Below, one piece after another: positions 36,238 to 46,162 of a DNA stretch of 64,000 bases (position 1 is the stretch's first letter; each line of letters begins with the position of its first letter). The stretch lies in the IMG/VR virus record IMGVR_UViG_3300035661_000054; one strand, given 5' to 3'. Position numbers and translations under genes: made by a program. The stretch is from a virus. The notes under the pieces were generated by a model. The model ran no database searches. It had not been told where the DNA came from and saw only the letters and a list, made by a program, of their open reading frames with translations.

Positions 36238-36900
36238 ATGGGATATACAACTGAGTTTCGTGGTAATATGGTGTTAAAAGATTTTGCTGAATCTGGAAAA
36301 ATGCAAGAAATTAAGGATTGTCTCAATCGTCTTGATGTTTTTGAAGACTATACCTTTGATGATTATTATGCTTTGTTAAATGGTGATTTTTTTATCAATC
36401 CAGTTGATGTTGAAGCAACTGCTTTACTTAGAAGTAAGTCGAAGGATGGTGAAGATTTAATTCCAGTTATGCAAAACTCTACAGGCTCTATTTTAACTGA
36501 TTTAACACCAGTTGGTGTAATTACATTGTTCAATTTAATGGCTAATTCTCGTCGTATGAAGCGTGATACATCTGTTATCGATTATCGTGTTGGTTATTAC
36601 GGTGTAGATGGTGTTTATTTTGTAAGTAAAAAATCTTTATGTAACTTTGGTCAGAATCATGATGAAAGTATTATTGATTATAATGTCGCTCCTCTTGATT
36701 TATCTCTTTGGCTGCAATGGAATTTTTCAATTTACGATGAAGAAATTGTTATTGAATGGGATGGTGGAGAGAAGTTTTATGATTATAAGGAATGGTTAGA
36801 TTTTATTCATAATTCACTGTTGTCTATTGGTCTTTCTTTTTCTGGAAAAATTGAATATCGTGGTGAAGATTGGGATGATAGGGGTGATATTATCTATTAA
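36238..36900 (+). CDS. hypothetical protein
   Basis: 220-aa ORF with RBS ttggagtaataaacATG. Confidence 0.45.
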   Translation: MGYTTEFRGNMVLKDFAESGKMQEIKDCLNRLDVFEDYTFDDYYALLNGDFFINPVDVEATALLRSKSKDGEDLIPVMQNSTGSILTDLTPVGVITLFNLMANSRRMKRDTSVIDYRVGYYGVDGVYFVSKKSLCNFGQNHDESIIDYNVAPLDLSLWLQWNFSIYDEEIVIEWDGGEKFYDYKEWLDFIHNSLLSIGLSFSGKIEYRGEDWDDRGDIIY

Positions 36901-36920
36901 CTATTTACTAATTTTAAAAG

Positions 36921-36956
36921 GCTTGCTATAATGATATTGTTGTAGCAAGCTTTTTT
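36921..36956 (+). terminator. rho-independent terminator
   Basis: gcttgctataatgatattgttgtagcaagc + tttttt. Confidence 0.65.
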
Positions 36957-37012
36957 GTTGCAAGGTTTAAAATTTTTAAAAGTGTGGCCAAAATGCACAC
37001 AAAAGGAAAAAA

Positions 37013-38707
37013 ATGCAAAAATTAAATTCACAGATTTTAATGTCTGCGGACAGTTACAAATTAACACATGTCGATCAAATTATTGAGGGGACTACTCATA
37101 TTTATGAGACTTTTACTCCTCGAAGTCTAAAACATTTACCAAAAGAAGTTAAAGAACTTACAAATAATAAAATTATTTGGTTTGGTTTTCAGTCAACTAT
37201 CAAAATGATTCATGATAAATTTCAAGAAGAATTTTTTTCTAAAAATTATGATGAAGCTGTGCATTACTTTCTAAGTCAAGTAGGATTTTTTACTGGTGGT
37301 TCTTACGATGATTCTCATATTTATGAATTACACAAGCTTGGGTATTTACCGATTAAAGTAAAATCTCTTGAAGAAGGTAGTTTGGTTAATGTAAAAATCC
37401 CATGTATGACCATTATTAATACTGTTCCAGGCTATGCTTGGTTGGTTGGCTATCTTGAAACTATTTTATCGAATGAAACATGGAAATCTACCACTAATGC
37501 AACCATTGCTTTTGCTTATCGTAAATTGTTTACAAAGGCAGCTATGGAAACAGTTGGTAATGATGAGTTCGTTAAATGGCAAGGTCATGATTTTTCAGCC
37601 CGTGGTATGTCTGGATCGGCTGATGCTTCAAAACAAGGAATGAGCCATTTGACCTCGTTTTTTGGTTCTGACGCTTTTGGAAGTATGTTACCTATTAGTT
37701 ACTATTATAATGAAAGTATTAATAATTTCATTGCTGGTTCTATTAGAGCTTCTGAACACATGACAGAAACATTAGCTATTCAGGTTTTAGCAAAAAAACA
37801 CAATGTTGATTTAGATGAAGCTGAATATATGCAAATGAAGCGATTGATAACTGAGGTTTACCCTACAGGTATTGTTGCTCGTGTTTGTGATTCTTATGAT
37901 TATTGGAATGTTGTAACAAATATTATTCCGAGATTAAAAGAAGATATTATGAATCGTGGACAAGATTCTAAGGGTTTTTCAAAAGTTGTAATTCGACCAG
38001 ATTCAGGTGAACCTGTAGATATTATTTGCGGTACTGCTATTCCTGTTTTTACATTAACAGATGTTGAGCGTTGGTTTAAAGAAAACAAACATAAAGAATC
38101 TCAAATCTTTGTAAAAATTGATGGTAATAATGTGGCTCATTATATGAATTGTGAAGTAACTGAAAATGGTATTGTTACTAATGAAATTCCTTCTAATAAA
38201 GTTACAGCAGAAATGAAAGGTACTGTTTCTTGTTTATGGGAAATTTTTGGTGGTACAATAACTGAAAAAGGTTATAAACTACTTGATAATCATATTGGTA
38301 TGATTTATGGTGATTCAATCACTATTAAAAGAGCTGAAGAGATTGTTTTTCGTTTAAAAATGAAAGGCTTTGCTTCTATTAATACTTTGCTTGGTATCGG
38401 TTCTTATACATACCAAATGGTTAGTAGGGATACGCTTGGTATGGCTTTAAAGGCGACCTTTGCTATTGTTGATGGTCAAGAAATTGATTTAAATAAAAAC
38501 CCAAAAACAGATGATGGAACAAAAAAATCTGCAAAAGGAAGAGTAAGGGTTGAAAAAAATAATTCAGAATATGTTTTATTTGATCAGCAAAGTGAACAAG
38601 AAGAAGCTGGTGGATTATTAAGAATTGTTTATTGTGATGGTAAATTCTTAAATCAACAAACTTTTTCTGATATTAGAACAATTATTGATTCTAATGTTTT
38701 GTTGTAA
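37013..38707 (+). CDS. nadV: nicotinamide phosphoribosyltransferase family protein (NadV/NAMPT-like; alternatively NARP1 Namat-like)
   Basis: NAMPT family hallmark VIRPDSGEPVDII and overall type II phosphoribosyltransferase organisation; 564 aa is longer than canonical NAMPT. Confidence 0.8.
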   Translation: MQKLNSQILMSADSYKLTHVDQIIEGTTHIYETFTPRSLKHLPKEVKELTNNKIIWFGFQSTIKMIHDKFQEEFFSKNYDEAVHYFLSQVGFFTGGSYDDSHIYELHKLGYLPIKVKSLEEGSLVNVKIPCMTIINTVPGYAWLVGYLETILSNETWKSTTNATIAFAYRKLFTKAAMETVGNDEFVKWQGHDFSARGMSGSADASKQGMSHLTSFFGSDAFGSMLPISYYYNESINNFIAGSIRASEHMTETLAIQVLAKKHNVDLDEAEYMQMKRLITEVYPTGIVARVCDSYDYWNVVTNIIPRLKEDIMNRGQDSKGFSKVVIRPDSGEPVDIICGTAIPVFTLTDVERWFKENKHKESQIFVKIDGNNVAHYMNCEVTENGIVTNEIPSNKVTAEMKGTVSCLWEIFGGTITEKGYKLLDNHIGMIYGDSITIKRAEEIVFRLKMKGFASINTLLGIGSYTYQMVSRDTLGMALKATFAIVDGQEIDLNKNPKTDDGTKKSAKGRVRVEKNNSEYVLFDQQSEQEEAGGLLRIVYCDGKFLNQQTFSDIRTIIDSNVLL

Positions 38708-38747
38708 ATAGGGTGGATTATTCCATCCTTTCTAAAAGGAAATAAAT

Positions 38748-39608
38748 GTGTTAAAAATTATTACAGAAAGTGGAAAAGAAATTAACTTCAAAGAAATTAA
38801 TTATCCAAGTGGTGAATTTGATTTTAATATTGTTTTTAATCATGAAATAATGTCTTTAGTTAAACATGAATATGTTGTAATTAAAAATAATTTTTCAAAT
38901 ATTAACAATGTTTTTAAAATTCCTTTCTTAGTTAATGCTCTAATTCAATCAGGTTTTAAGGAAATTAAAATTCAGTTTGATTACTTGCCGTTTAGTAGAC
39001 AGGACAGGTCTTTTATTGCAAACTCTTCTTTTGGCTTAGAATCGTTCATTAAAATTTTATCTGGTTCTGGTGTTAATGAGATTATTGTTGATGATCCGCA
39101 TAATGAAGATGTTTTAAGTTTGCTTTGTAGTAAATACGGATTAAAAATTACTGTTAATACACAAAGCTTTTTAATTAAAAGTAAATTAAATCAACATTTT
39201 TCACTTGATGAAAAAACAGCTTTGGTTTGTCCTGATAAAGGTGCTTTAAAAAAGATTATACCTTTATCTGACGAATTAGGTTTAACGGTTGTTTTGGCTG
39301 AAAAAACTCGTTCCTTAGCTGACGGAAAGATTGTTGACACTAAAATTGTTGGTTATCAACAAAATGGAGAAACAACTTTATTTTTAAATGATGTTGATTT
39401 TTTAAATAATTTTGATAAATTAATTATTGTAGATGATATTTGTGATGGTGGTGCTACTTTTATTGCTTTAGCAAATGTTATTAGAAGTCTTGACTACAAA
39501 GGTGAAATGATTTTGATTGTAACTCATGGGTTTTTCTCAAAAGGACTTGAACCTTTGTTAGCTAAATTTGATTCAGTTTTAAGTATTCATTATTACTCTA
39601 AAATTTGA
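38748..39608 (+). CDS. ribose-phosphate pyrophosphokinase-like protein (Prs homologue; alternatively NARP1 Adps-like)
   Basis: GTG start after RBS aaggaaataaat; PRPP-binding-type motif LIIVDDICDGGATF; immediately downstream of nadV-like gene. Confidence 0.6.
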   Translation: MLKIITESGKEINFKEINYPSGEFDFNIVFNHEIMSLVKHEYVVIKNNFSNINNVFKIPFLVNALIQSGFKEIKIQFDYLPFSRQDRSFIANSSFGLESFIKILSGSGVNEIIVDDPHNEDVLSLLCSKYGLKITVNTQSFLIKSKLNQHFSLDEKTALVCPDKGALKKIIPLSDELGLTVVLAEKTRSLADGKIVDTKIVGYQQNGETTLFLNDVDFLNNFDKLIIVDDICDGGATFIALANVIRSLDYKGEMILIVTHGFFSKGLEPLLAKFDSVLSIHYYSKI

Positions 39609-39612
39609 TTTT

Positions 39613-39641
39613 TGACTTCCTTGGTGTTTTGTTGTATAATA
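39613..39641 (+). promoter_or_regulatory. sigma70-type promoter TTGACT-N17-TATAAT
   Basis: TTGACT 39613-39618, TATAAT 39636-39641. Confidence 0.55.
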
Positions 39642-39690
39642 ATTAAACATTAAGGAAGTTTCCTTTATTTAATTTTGGAGTTCTTGTTTT

Positions 39691-40695
39691 ATGAAGGCAT
39701 ATATCACTATTGGAGTTTCAGCTTCAGGTAAAACAACCTGGACTAATCAATTTTTAAAAAACCATGAAATGCTTTTAAAATCAGGAAAATCTTCTGGTGT
39801 TTATTGTAATATTAATTTTGATGAAATCAGGGCTTTGGTTTTGGTTGAAATGGGTATTATAAAATCTATTGAGGATTTTTCTTGGGATTTATGGAATCTA
39901 AAATACGAAAAAGCCATGTCTAAAAAAGCAAAATATATTTTTGATAATGCTGTCGCACAGGGTTGTTTTATTATTTTGTCTAATACAAACCTAAATAAAG
40001 ATAATCTTATTGCCAAAACAAAAGAGCTTGAATCTTTAGGTTATTCTGTTGAGTGGGTTTATTTTGATATTTCTTATGATGAAGCTTTGAAACGTGATGC
40101 TGGTCGTAAAAATGGTGTTGGTGCTTATGTTATTCGTAAACAATGGAAAAGCTATCTTGAGTTGAAGAGTAAAAGTTTTGTAGTTGAAAATGCTAAATAT
40201 ATATCTTCACTTTGCTCAGTTCAGGCTATTGAACCTTATGTTTTTTCTGATGAAAAAACAGAAGCTTTGATGTTTGACATTGATGGTACTATTGCCAATA
40301 TGGTTGACAGAAGAGCTTATGATTGGGATAAAGTTGGTCAAGATAAGCCAGATTTTGTTATGCAAATTTTAATTGACGGTTGGCTTTCTTTGGGTAAAAA
40401 AATCGTTTTCCTTAGTGGTCGTGATGGTCAATGTTATAAAGAAACTAAAGAATGGATTTTAAAGTATTTTTCAAAAGTTGATTTTGATAAAGAAAAAGGA
40501 AATTCAGTTCTTTTCATGCGTGAACATCAAGATATGAGAAAAGATTATATTGTAAAAAAAGAAATTTTTGATAATAAAGTTAGAAATTCTTATAATATTA
40601 TTGCTGTTTTTGATGATCGTCCTCAAGTGGTTAGGATGTGGCATGATTTAGGTTTAAAAGTTTGGTCTACTGGCGATCAGTTAATTGATTTTTAG
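39691..40695 (+). CDS. pseT: polynucleotide 5'-kinase / 3'-phosphatase (T4 Pnk-like)
   Basis: N-terminal P-loop GVSASGKTTW kinase domain; C-terminal HAD-type phosphatase with FDIDGT (DxDGT) motif. Confidence 0.8.
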   Translation: MKAYITIGVSASGKTTWTNQFLKNHEMLLKSGKSSGVYCNINFDEIRALVLVEMGIIKSIEDFSWDLWNLKYEKAMSKKAKYIFDNAVAQGCFIILSNTNLNKDNLIAKTKELESLGYSVEWVYFDISYDEALKRDAGRKNGVGAYVIRKQWKSYLELKSKSFVVENAKYISSLCSVQAIEPYVFSDEKTEALMFDIDGTIANMVDRRAYDWDKVGQDKPDFVMQILIDGWLSLGKKIVFLSGRDGQCYKETKEWILKYFSKVDFDKEKGNSVLFMREHQDMRKDYIVKKEIFDNKVRNSYNIIAVFDDRPQVVRMWHDLGLKVWSTGDQLIDF

Positions 40696-40765
40696 GTGAT
40701 TATTAAGCTATTTATTTTTATTTTTTTTGATATAATTGAGATTTGTTAATTTCTAAGGAGTTTTT

Positions 40766-41812
40766 ATGAGTTGGTTTGTTAAAGATTTTAAATGGTCTTT
40801 TTTCTTTACTCTGGTGGCTGTTTTTTTAGCTTATCAATGGGCTGGTTTGATAGGTTCTTTTACAGTTTTAATATTGATTGCTTTAGAAATCAGTATTTCT
40901 TTTGATAATGCTGTTGTTAATGCAAAAATACTAAATGGAATGGATAAAATTTGGCAAGATAGGTTTTTAACCTGGGGTGTATTTATCGCTGTTTTTGGGA
41001 TGCGAGTGATTTTCCCGATTTTAATTGTTGCCTTATCTGCAAGTCTTCCTTTTACTCAAGTTGTTGATATGGCTTTAAATGATCAAAAGCTGTATGAGCA
41101 ACATGTTATGGCTTCCAGTTATGTTATTAGTGCTTTCGGTGGTATTTTCTTATTAATGGTTTTTCTTGAATTTTTATTTGATTATGAGCGTGAATTATTG
41201 TGGATTTCTTTTATTGAAAAACAATTTTCAAAATTGGGTAAAATTGAATCATTAAGTATTGCAATTGGGTTATTTGTTTTAACTTTGGTTACTTATCAAG
41301 TTCCAGAGAAAGAAAAATTAAGTGTAATGATTTCTGGTGTTAGTGCTATGTTTTTATTTATCATTCTTAGTTCTTTATCATCTTATATGAAAAAATTAAA
41401 AGAAGATATTGATTTGGGAAAAACATCTAAAAAAAGTATTGTTTCAGCAGGTTTTATGACTTTCGCGTATTTAGAAGTTTTAGACGCTTCTTTCTCTCTT
41501 GATGGTGTTATTGGTGCTTTTGCAGTTACCAAGGATATTATCGTTATCATGCTTGGTTTAGGTGCTGGTGCTTTATTTGTTCGTTCTATAACTATTTCAT
41601 TAGTTAGACGTGGAGTATTAAATAATTATGTTTATTTAGAGCACAGTGCTCATTATGCTATTGGTGCTTTGGCTATGATTATGTTCTTACACATGTTTAT
41701 GGACATCACAGAGGTTGTTACTGGCGGTATTGGAATTGCTTTCATTTTAGCTGGTATTTATAGTAGTAGTATTCGTCGCAATCAAAAAAAAGAGGTTAAA
41801 AAATGTTGTTAA
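40766..41812 (+). CDS. integral membrane protein, DUF475/TerC-related family (tentative)
   Basis: 8-9 TM helices; paired motifs EISISFDNAV and SFSLDGVIGAF. Confidence 0.45.
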   Translation: MSWFVKDFKWSFFFTLVAVFLAYQWAGLIGSFTVLILIALEISISFDNAVVNAKILNGMDKIWQDRFLTWGVFIAVFGMRVIFPILIVALSASLPFTQVVDMALNDQKLYEQHVMASSYVISAFGGIFLLMVFLEFLFDYERELLWISFIEKQFSKLGKIESLSIAIGLFVLTLVTYQVPEKEKLSVMISGVSAMFLFIILSSLSSYMKKLKEDIDLGKTSKKSIVSAGFMTFAYLEVLDASFSLDGVIGAFAVTKDIIVIMLGLGAGALFVRSITISLVRRGVLNNYVYLEHSAHYAIGALAMIMFLHMFMDITEVVTGGIGIAFILAGIYSSSIRRNQKKEVKKCC

Positions 41813-42252
41813 TTGAAAAATACGAAGAAAGAGTTTTAAGACTTGAGCAAGATTTAGCAGAAGCTTATCAAGTAATTGGTTGTTTTTTACGTTCTGGTAC
41901 ATCTGTTAAGGATTCTGAAATAGAAAAAGCTTTAGATAATATTATAAGTGCTATTGATGATGAGCCAAGAGAGCATGAAGATTTACTTCCTTTTCCTAAA
42001 GAAAGTAAATTAAATATTAAAGAATTATTAAAAGAATTGAGTATAATTTCTAATAATGCTGAAAATGAATCTTTGCCAGATTCTATGAAAAGCTCTCATT
42101 TAAAATATATGATTGATCAAATGAAAGATCCTATGATGGAATGGGATAAATTTAATCGTTGGCTTGGGTGGATTCAAGCTTCTTTGGTTGCTAACGGTGT
42201 TAGTAGCTTAGAAGAACAAAAAGAAATTATTAGAAAAAATCTTTCTAAATAG
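41803..42252 (+). CDS. hypothetical protein
   Basis: 149-aa ORF overlapping upstream stop (operon). Confidence 0.4.
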   Translation: MLLIEKYEERVLRLEQDLAEAYQVIGCFLRSGTSVKDSEIEKALDNIISAIDDEPREHEDLLPFPKESKLNIKELLKELSIISNNAENESLPDSMKSSHLKYMIDQMKDPMMEWDKFNRWLGWIQASLVANGVSSLEEQKEIIRKNLSK

Positions 42253-42290
42253 TTTTTTTGTGTTATAATTGTTTTTTTAATTAATGAGGG

Positions 42291-43118
42291 TTGCTTATTA
42301 TGTTTAAAATGTTATCTGTTGTATTGCTTTCTTTTTTCGTTCTTAGTGGTTGCGTAAAACCTATTACTACTGAACCATCTCATGAAACTGTTTTAGTGGA
42401 TAAACCTTATATTTTTGGTCATGGTGGAGTTCGTAGTGAAACACAAAAACCTGGTTTAGGTTGGTTTTTCTGGTCAACAAGTGGGATTCAAGTTCCAGTT
42501 TACGAATTTAAAATTGATGAGCCTTTTGATGATTTGCCAACTAAAATGCAATCTTTGATTGATTTTCATAGTTATTTAAAATTAGAAATTACTAATCCAG
42601 TTTTACTTGTTGAGAAGTTTAGATATGTAGATGATGGTAAGGATGTTTGGTATAGTTCTGCACTTAAAGAACAATATAGAACTATTGTTAGAAATGTTGC
42701 ACGAAATTATACGATGGAATCTATGTTGACTGATTCAACTACAGTAAATACAATGGAATCTGAAATTAGAGCGGAAATGGATAAATATATTAAATCAATT
42801 GGGATTCCTGTCGTGTTAAAAGATTTAAGTTTGGGTGCTATTAGACCTAATCAGGCTGTAATGGCAGAAATTGATAATACAGCTTCACAACAACAAAGAA
42901 TCAAAACTGAGATTGCAAGAAATGAAGCAGAAATGTCTCGTAAAGACGCTGAAAAATCAAGAGCTACTGCTGATAAAGCATATCAAGAAGAGCTTGGTTT
43001 AAGTTCTAATGAAATTGTTTCTTTGCAGATTGCTAAGGTTTACGCTGACGCATGTGCTAAATCTGCAACTTGTGTTATTAACAATTCTCCTACAGGTGTA
43101 GCAGTTTCTGTTAAATAA
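42291..43118 (+). CDS. lipoprotein, possibly SPFH/band-7-like
   Basis: Lipobox LSGC; C-terminal Ala/Glu-rich region reminiscent of SPFH tails; weak. Confidence 0.35.
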   Translation: MLIMFKMLSVVLLSFFVLSGCVKPITTEPSHETVLVDKPYIFGHGGVRSETQKPGLGWFFWSTSGIQVPVYEFKIDEPFDDLPTKMQSLIDFHSYLKLEITNPVLLVEKFRYVDDGKDVWYSSALKEQYRTIVRNVARNYTMESMLTDSTTVNTMESEIRAEMDKYIKSIGIPVVLKDLSLGAIRPNQAVMAEIDNTASQQQRIKTEIARNEAEMSRKDAEKSRATADKAYQEELGLSSNEIVSLQIAKVYADACAKSATCVINNSPTGVAVSVK

Positions 43119-43210
43119 TTATACTTGGCTACTATTAATTTAGTAGCCAAATTGATATAATCGTTTACTTGGGGTTTAAAGCCTCGTTATTTAAAATAAG
43201 GAAATTATAT

Positions 43211-43717
43211 ATGAGTGAAAAAATTATTGATAAATCAACTAATGTTAATGTAGTTAAAGCTGGTGCTGAATTTGAATTTGAAGAAGGTGTAATTATTTTA
43301 TCTTTCACCAAAGAAGCAACCACTATTTTTGTAGAAGAAAGTATTATTAAGCTTGCCGCTGAGGATAAGTTTGACCGTCATTATGCTTTAGCATTGTCTA
43401 TTTTTATGAAAGTTCATGATGAATCTGAGTTTGTTAAAAAAACAATTAAATTTATTTTTGAACAAGAAGCTAAAAAAGATTTTTCTGTTAATGAAGTTAA
43501 AGTTGGTGATAAGTTAAAAGTTGAAAAAGATCAAGTATTAATTGTTTTCACTAAAAAAGGTTTAGCTTTGTTTGCAGAAGAATCACTTTCTGAACGTGGT
43601 CAACAAAATTCTTACGATAGTCATTATGCATTAGCTTTAGCTATTCATTCTAACATTGTTCATAATCCAGATTTTTTCGATGAAGTTACATCTGGATATT
43701 TTGGTGTAAAATCCTAA
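43211..43717 (+). CDS. hypothetical protein with internal two-fold repeat
   Basis: ILSFTKEATTIFVEESIIKLAAEDKFDRHYALALSIF vs LIVFTKKGLALFAEESLSERGQQNSYDSHYALALAIH; ATG 43211 with RBS aaggaa. Confidence 0.45.
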   Translation: MSEKIIDKSTNVNVVKAGAEFEFEEGVIILSFTKEATTIFVEESIIKLAAEDKFDRHYALALSIFMKVHDESEFVKKTIKFIFEQEAKKDFSVNEVKVGDKLKVEKDQVLIVFTKKGLALFAEESLSERGQQNSYDSHYALALAIHSNIVHNPDFFDEVTSGYFGVKS

Positions 43718-43831
43718 AATAAAAATAAATAATAATAATAAACCCAATAATTAAGCCACTTTTTAGTGGCTTGTTTTTTATTCACTTTTTTGGTATAATG
43801 TCTTTAGTTTAAAAGATTTAAGGGTTTTGAT

Positions 43832-46105
43832 GTGGAAAAAGTAACTGTAACTGGTTTTGTAGAAAAGATTAATTTTGAGAAAGGTAATTTTTCTATTTTT
43901 TCTATTACTGAAAGTCGTCATTATTCTCGTATGAGTGCTAAAGGTTTTGTTATTAAAAACCCTGCTGATTATGTTGGTCACAATGTTGTTTTTACTGGTG
44001 AAATTGAAGAAAATAAATTTGGTAAAACAATTTCATTTACATCTGCTGTTATTCAAGAAAGTCCTATTTATTTTTGGGAAAGCGTTGCTAAACTACAAAA
44101 AAACGTATTAAAAGAAGTTATTACTATGTTTGGTTCTGATCCAAGTTGGTTACTTGGTGCTCATGATGAAGTAAAAAAGAAATTAACTTCTATTGCTGGT
44201 ATTAATGACAAGAAAGCGTTAATAATAATTAAGTCTTATAAAGAATATAAACTTATTAAAGAGTTTATGGAGGCTGTTTCTGTTTATGCAATTTCCGAGG
44301 CTATGGCTGTTAGAATTGTTAATCATTTTGAAGAAAAGGCAACATACATTGTATTAAATGACCCTTATCGATTGGTTGAAGTTAATGGTTTTGGTTTTAA
44401 AAAAGCGGATGAAATTGCATTAAAGGTTGGTGTTAGTGAGAAAGACCCTAAAAGAATTATCGCAGCGTTTAATTATGTAATGAGCTTGGTTATTCAAGAT
44501 GGTTCAACATTAATTAATGATTATAAATTTATGTCTGAATTGAATGAAGTTTTGATTTTGAAAAATGGAGAAAAAATATTTAAAACTATTTCTCAAATGC
44601 GTGAATTTATTCAAAAAAGCAAAGATTTTCATGATATTGTTTATTTATCAGAAAACCTATTAACTCAGAAAAAATTTATTATCATGGAAGGTTATTTGCT
44701 TGATAAAATAAAATCAAGTGTAGAATATAATACCTTTAAGATTAGTCGAGATGAAGCTTTGGCTTTCTGCGAAGAACGGAAAGATTATGAATTGCTTGGT
44801 GATGAACAAAAACAAGCTGTTATTGATGTCTTAACTTCTGGATCTGTTTCTGTCGTTAAAGGTTTTGCTGGAACAGGTAAAACCACAACAACAAAAACTT
44901 TATTAAATATTTTTTCTGATTATTTTGGTCTTGATAGAAGCGATATTATTGGTTGTGCTTTGTCTGGTGTTGCGGCAAACAGAATTAAAAATCAATCTGG
45001 TTATAATTCTGGAACAATTCATTCTGTATTAGGTTTTCTTGAAGAAGGTGGTTTTTTATATAATGAATCTAATCCTTTAGATAAAAATCTTGTTGTTTTA
45101 GATGAATCTGGAATGGTTGATGTTTTTTTATTTTATTCTTTACTTAAAGCGATTGATTTAGATAAAACAAAATTAATTATTCTTGGTGATACAGCGCAAT
45201 TGTCTCCTGTTGGTGCTGGTCAACCTATGCTTGATATTGTTAATTCTGGTGTTTGTTCTACTTCATCTTTAACTAAAATCTACAGAACATCAGAAGATAA
45301 AGTTATTTCATTAGTGGCTTCTTATGTTAGAAATGGCGAACGTCCGCCTATTCTTAAAAGTTATGATGATGTTTTTTCATACCGTATTGATGGACAAAAT
45401 TTAGATGAAGCTAATTTTAATACAGAAAATCAGATTCTTAATATTGCTGAGAAATACAAATTAAAAGCCCCTGATTTAAATAATTCAGAAGAGGTTATTA
45501 ATTATTTGTATCATTTTCAAGTTATTACCCCAAGAAGAACAGGTGTATTAAGTCAAGATGAATTATCAAAAAAAATAAGAAGTATTTTATTACCTGGATT
45601 TGGTAGTGGTGATGTTATTTGTAAAGAATCTAACCCTATTGGTTTATATGATAAAGTAATTCATTTAAAAAATGAAAAAATGACAACTATAGGTGGTGAA
45701 GAAGTTAAAATTTATAACGGCATGGTTGGTATTGTTTGTGATGTTCAATCTTATGATGATTGTGTTATTGTTTATTATCCTTTTGAGGATATTAAGGTTA
45801 AATATACAGAATCAATGTTTAAGAAAAAATGGATTGGTTATGCTTGGTCTTTAACTGTTCATAAAACACAGGGTTCTGAATATAATAATATTGTTATTCC
45901 TTTTACAAGTAGTCATTGGAGAATGCTTGATAACCAGTTGACCTATACTGCTATTACTCGTGCAAAAGAAAGTTGTCACTTAGTTGGTACTGTTAAAGCT
46001 TTTCATCAAGCTTGCACAAATACAGATACAATTAAAAGAGATACTGTTTATCAGTATTTATTTAATAATAATTTAACATCTTTGGATGTTTTGTATCCAA
46101 ATTGA
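43832..46105 (+). CDS. recD: RecD-like (SF1B, RecD2/Dda-type) ATP-dependent DNA helicase
   Basis: Walker A GFAGTGKTTT, Walker B VVLDESGMVD, motif LGDTAQLSPVGAG, C-terminal TVHKTQGSEY (motif VI); N-terminal OB/HhH-like region. Confidence 0.85.
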   Translation: MEKVTVTGFVEKINFEKGNFSIFSITESRHYSRMSAKGFVIKNPADYVGHNVVFTGEIEENKFGKTISFTSAVIQESPIYFWESVAKLQKNVLKEVITMFGSDPSWLLGAHDEVKKKLTSIAGINDKKALIIIKSYKEYKLIKEFMEAVSVYAISEAMAVRIVNHFEEKATYIVLNDPYRLVEVNGFGFKKADEIALKVGVSEKDPKRIIAAFNYVMSLVIQDGSTLINDYKFMSELNEVLILKNGEKIFKTISQMREFIQKSKDFHDIVYLSENLLTQKKFIIMEGYLLDKIKSSVEYNTFKISRDEALAFCEERKDYELLGDEQKQAVIDVLTSGSVSVVKGFAGTGKTTTTKTLLNIFSDYFGLDRSDIIGCALSGVAANRIKNQSGYNSGTIHSVLGFLEEGGFLYNESNPLDKNLVVLDESGMVDVFLFYSLLKAIDLDKTKLIILGDTAQLSPVGAGQPMLDIVNSGVCSTSSLTKIYRTSEDKVISLVASYVRNGERPPILKSYDDVFSYRIDGQNLDEANFNTENQILNIAEKYKLKAPDLNNSEEVINYLYHFQVITPRRTGVLSQDELSKKIRSILLPGFGSGDVICKESNPIGLYDKVIHLKNEKMTTIGGEEVKIYNGMVGIVCDVQSYDDCVIVYYPFEDIKVKYTESMFKKKWIGYAWSLTVHKTQGSEYNNIVIPFTSSHWRMLDNQLTYTAITRAKESCHLVGTVKAFHQACTNTDTIKRDTVYQYLFNNNLTSLDVLYPN

Positions 46106-46162
46106 CTTAAAAAGTCTTTTGGGTTAAAATACAACAAAGAAACTAATGAAAGGTGATGTATA

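Noticed and set aside
37434-38088. ORFs 37434-37643(+) and 37900-38088(-)
   Set aside because: Nested in or antisense to nadV
39801-40016. 71-aa minus ORF
   Set aside because: Antisense to pnk
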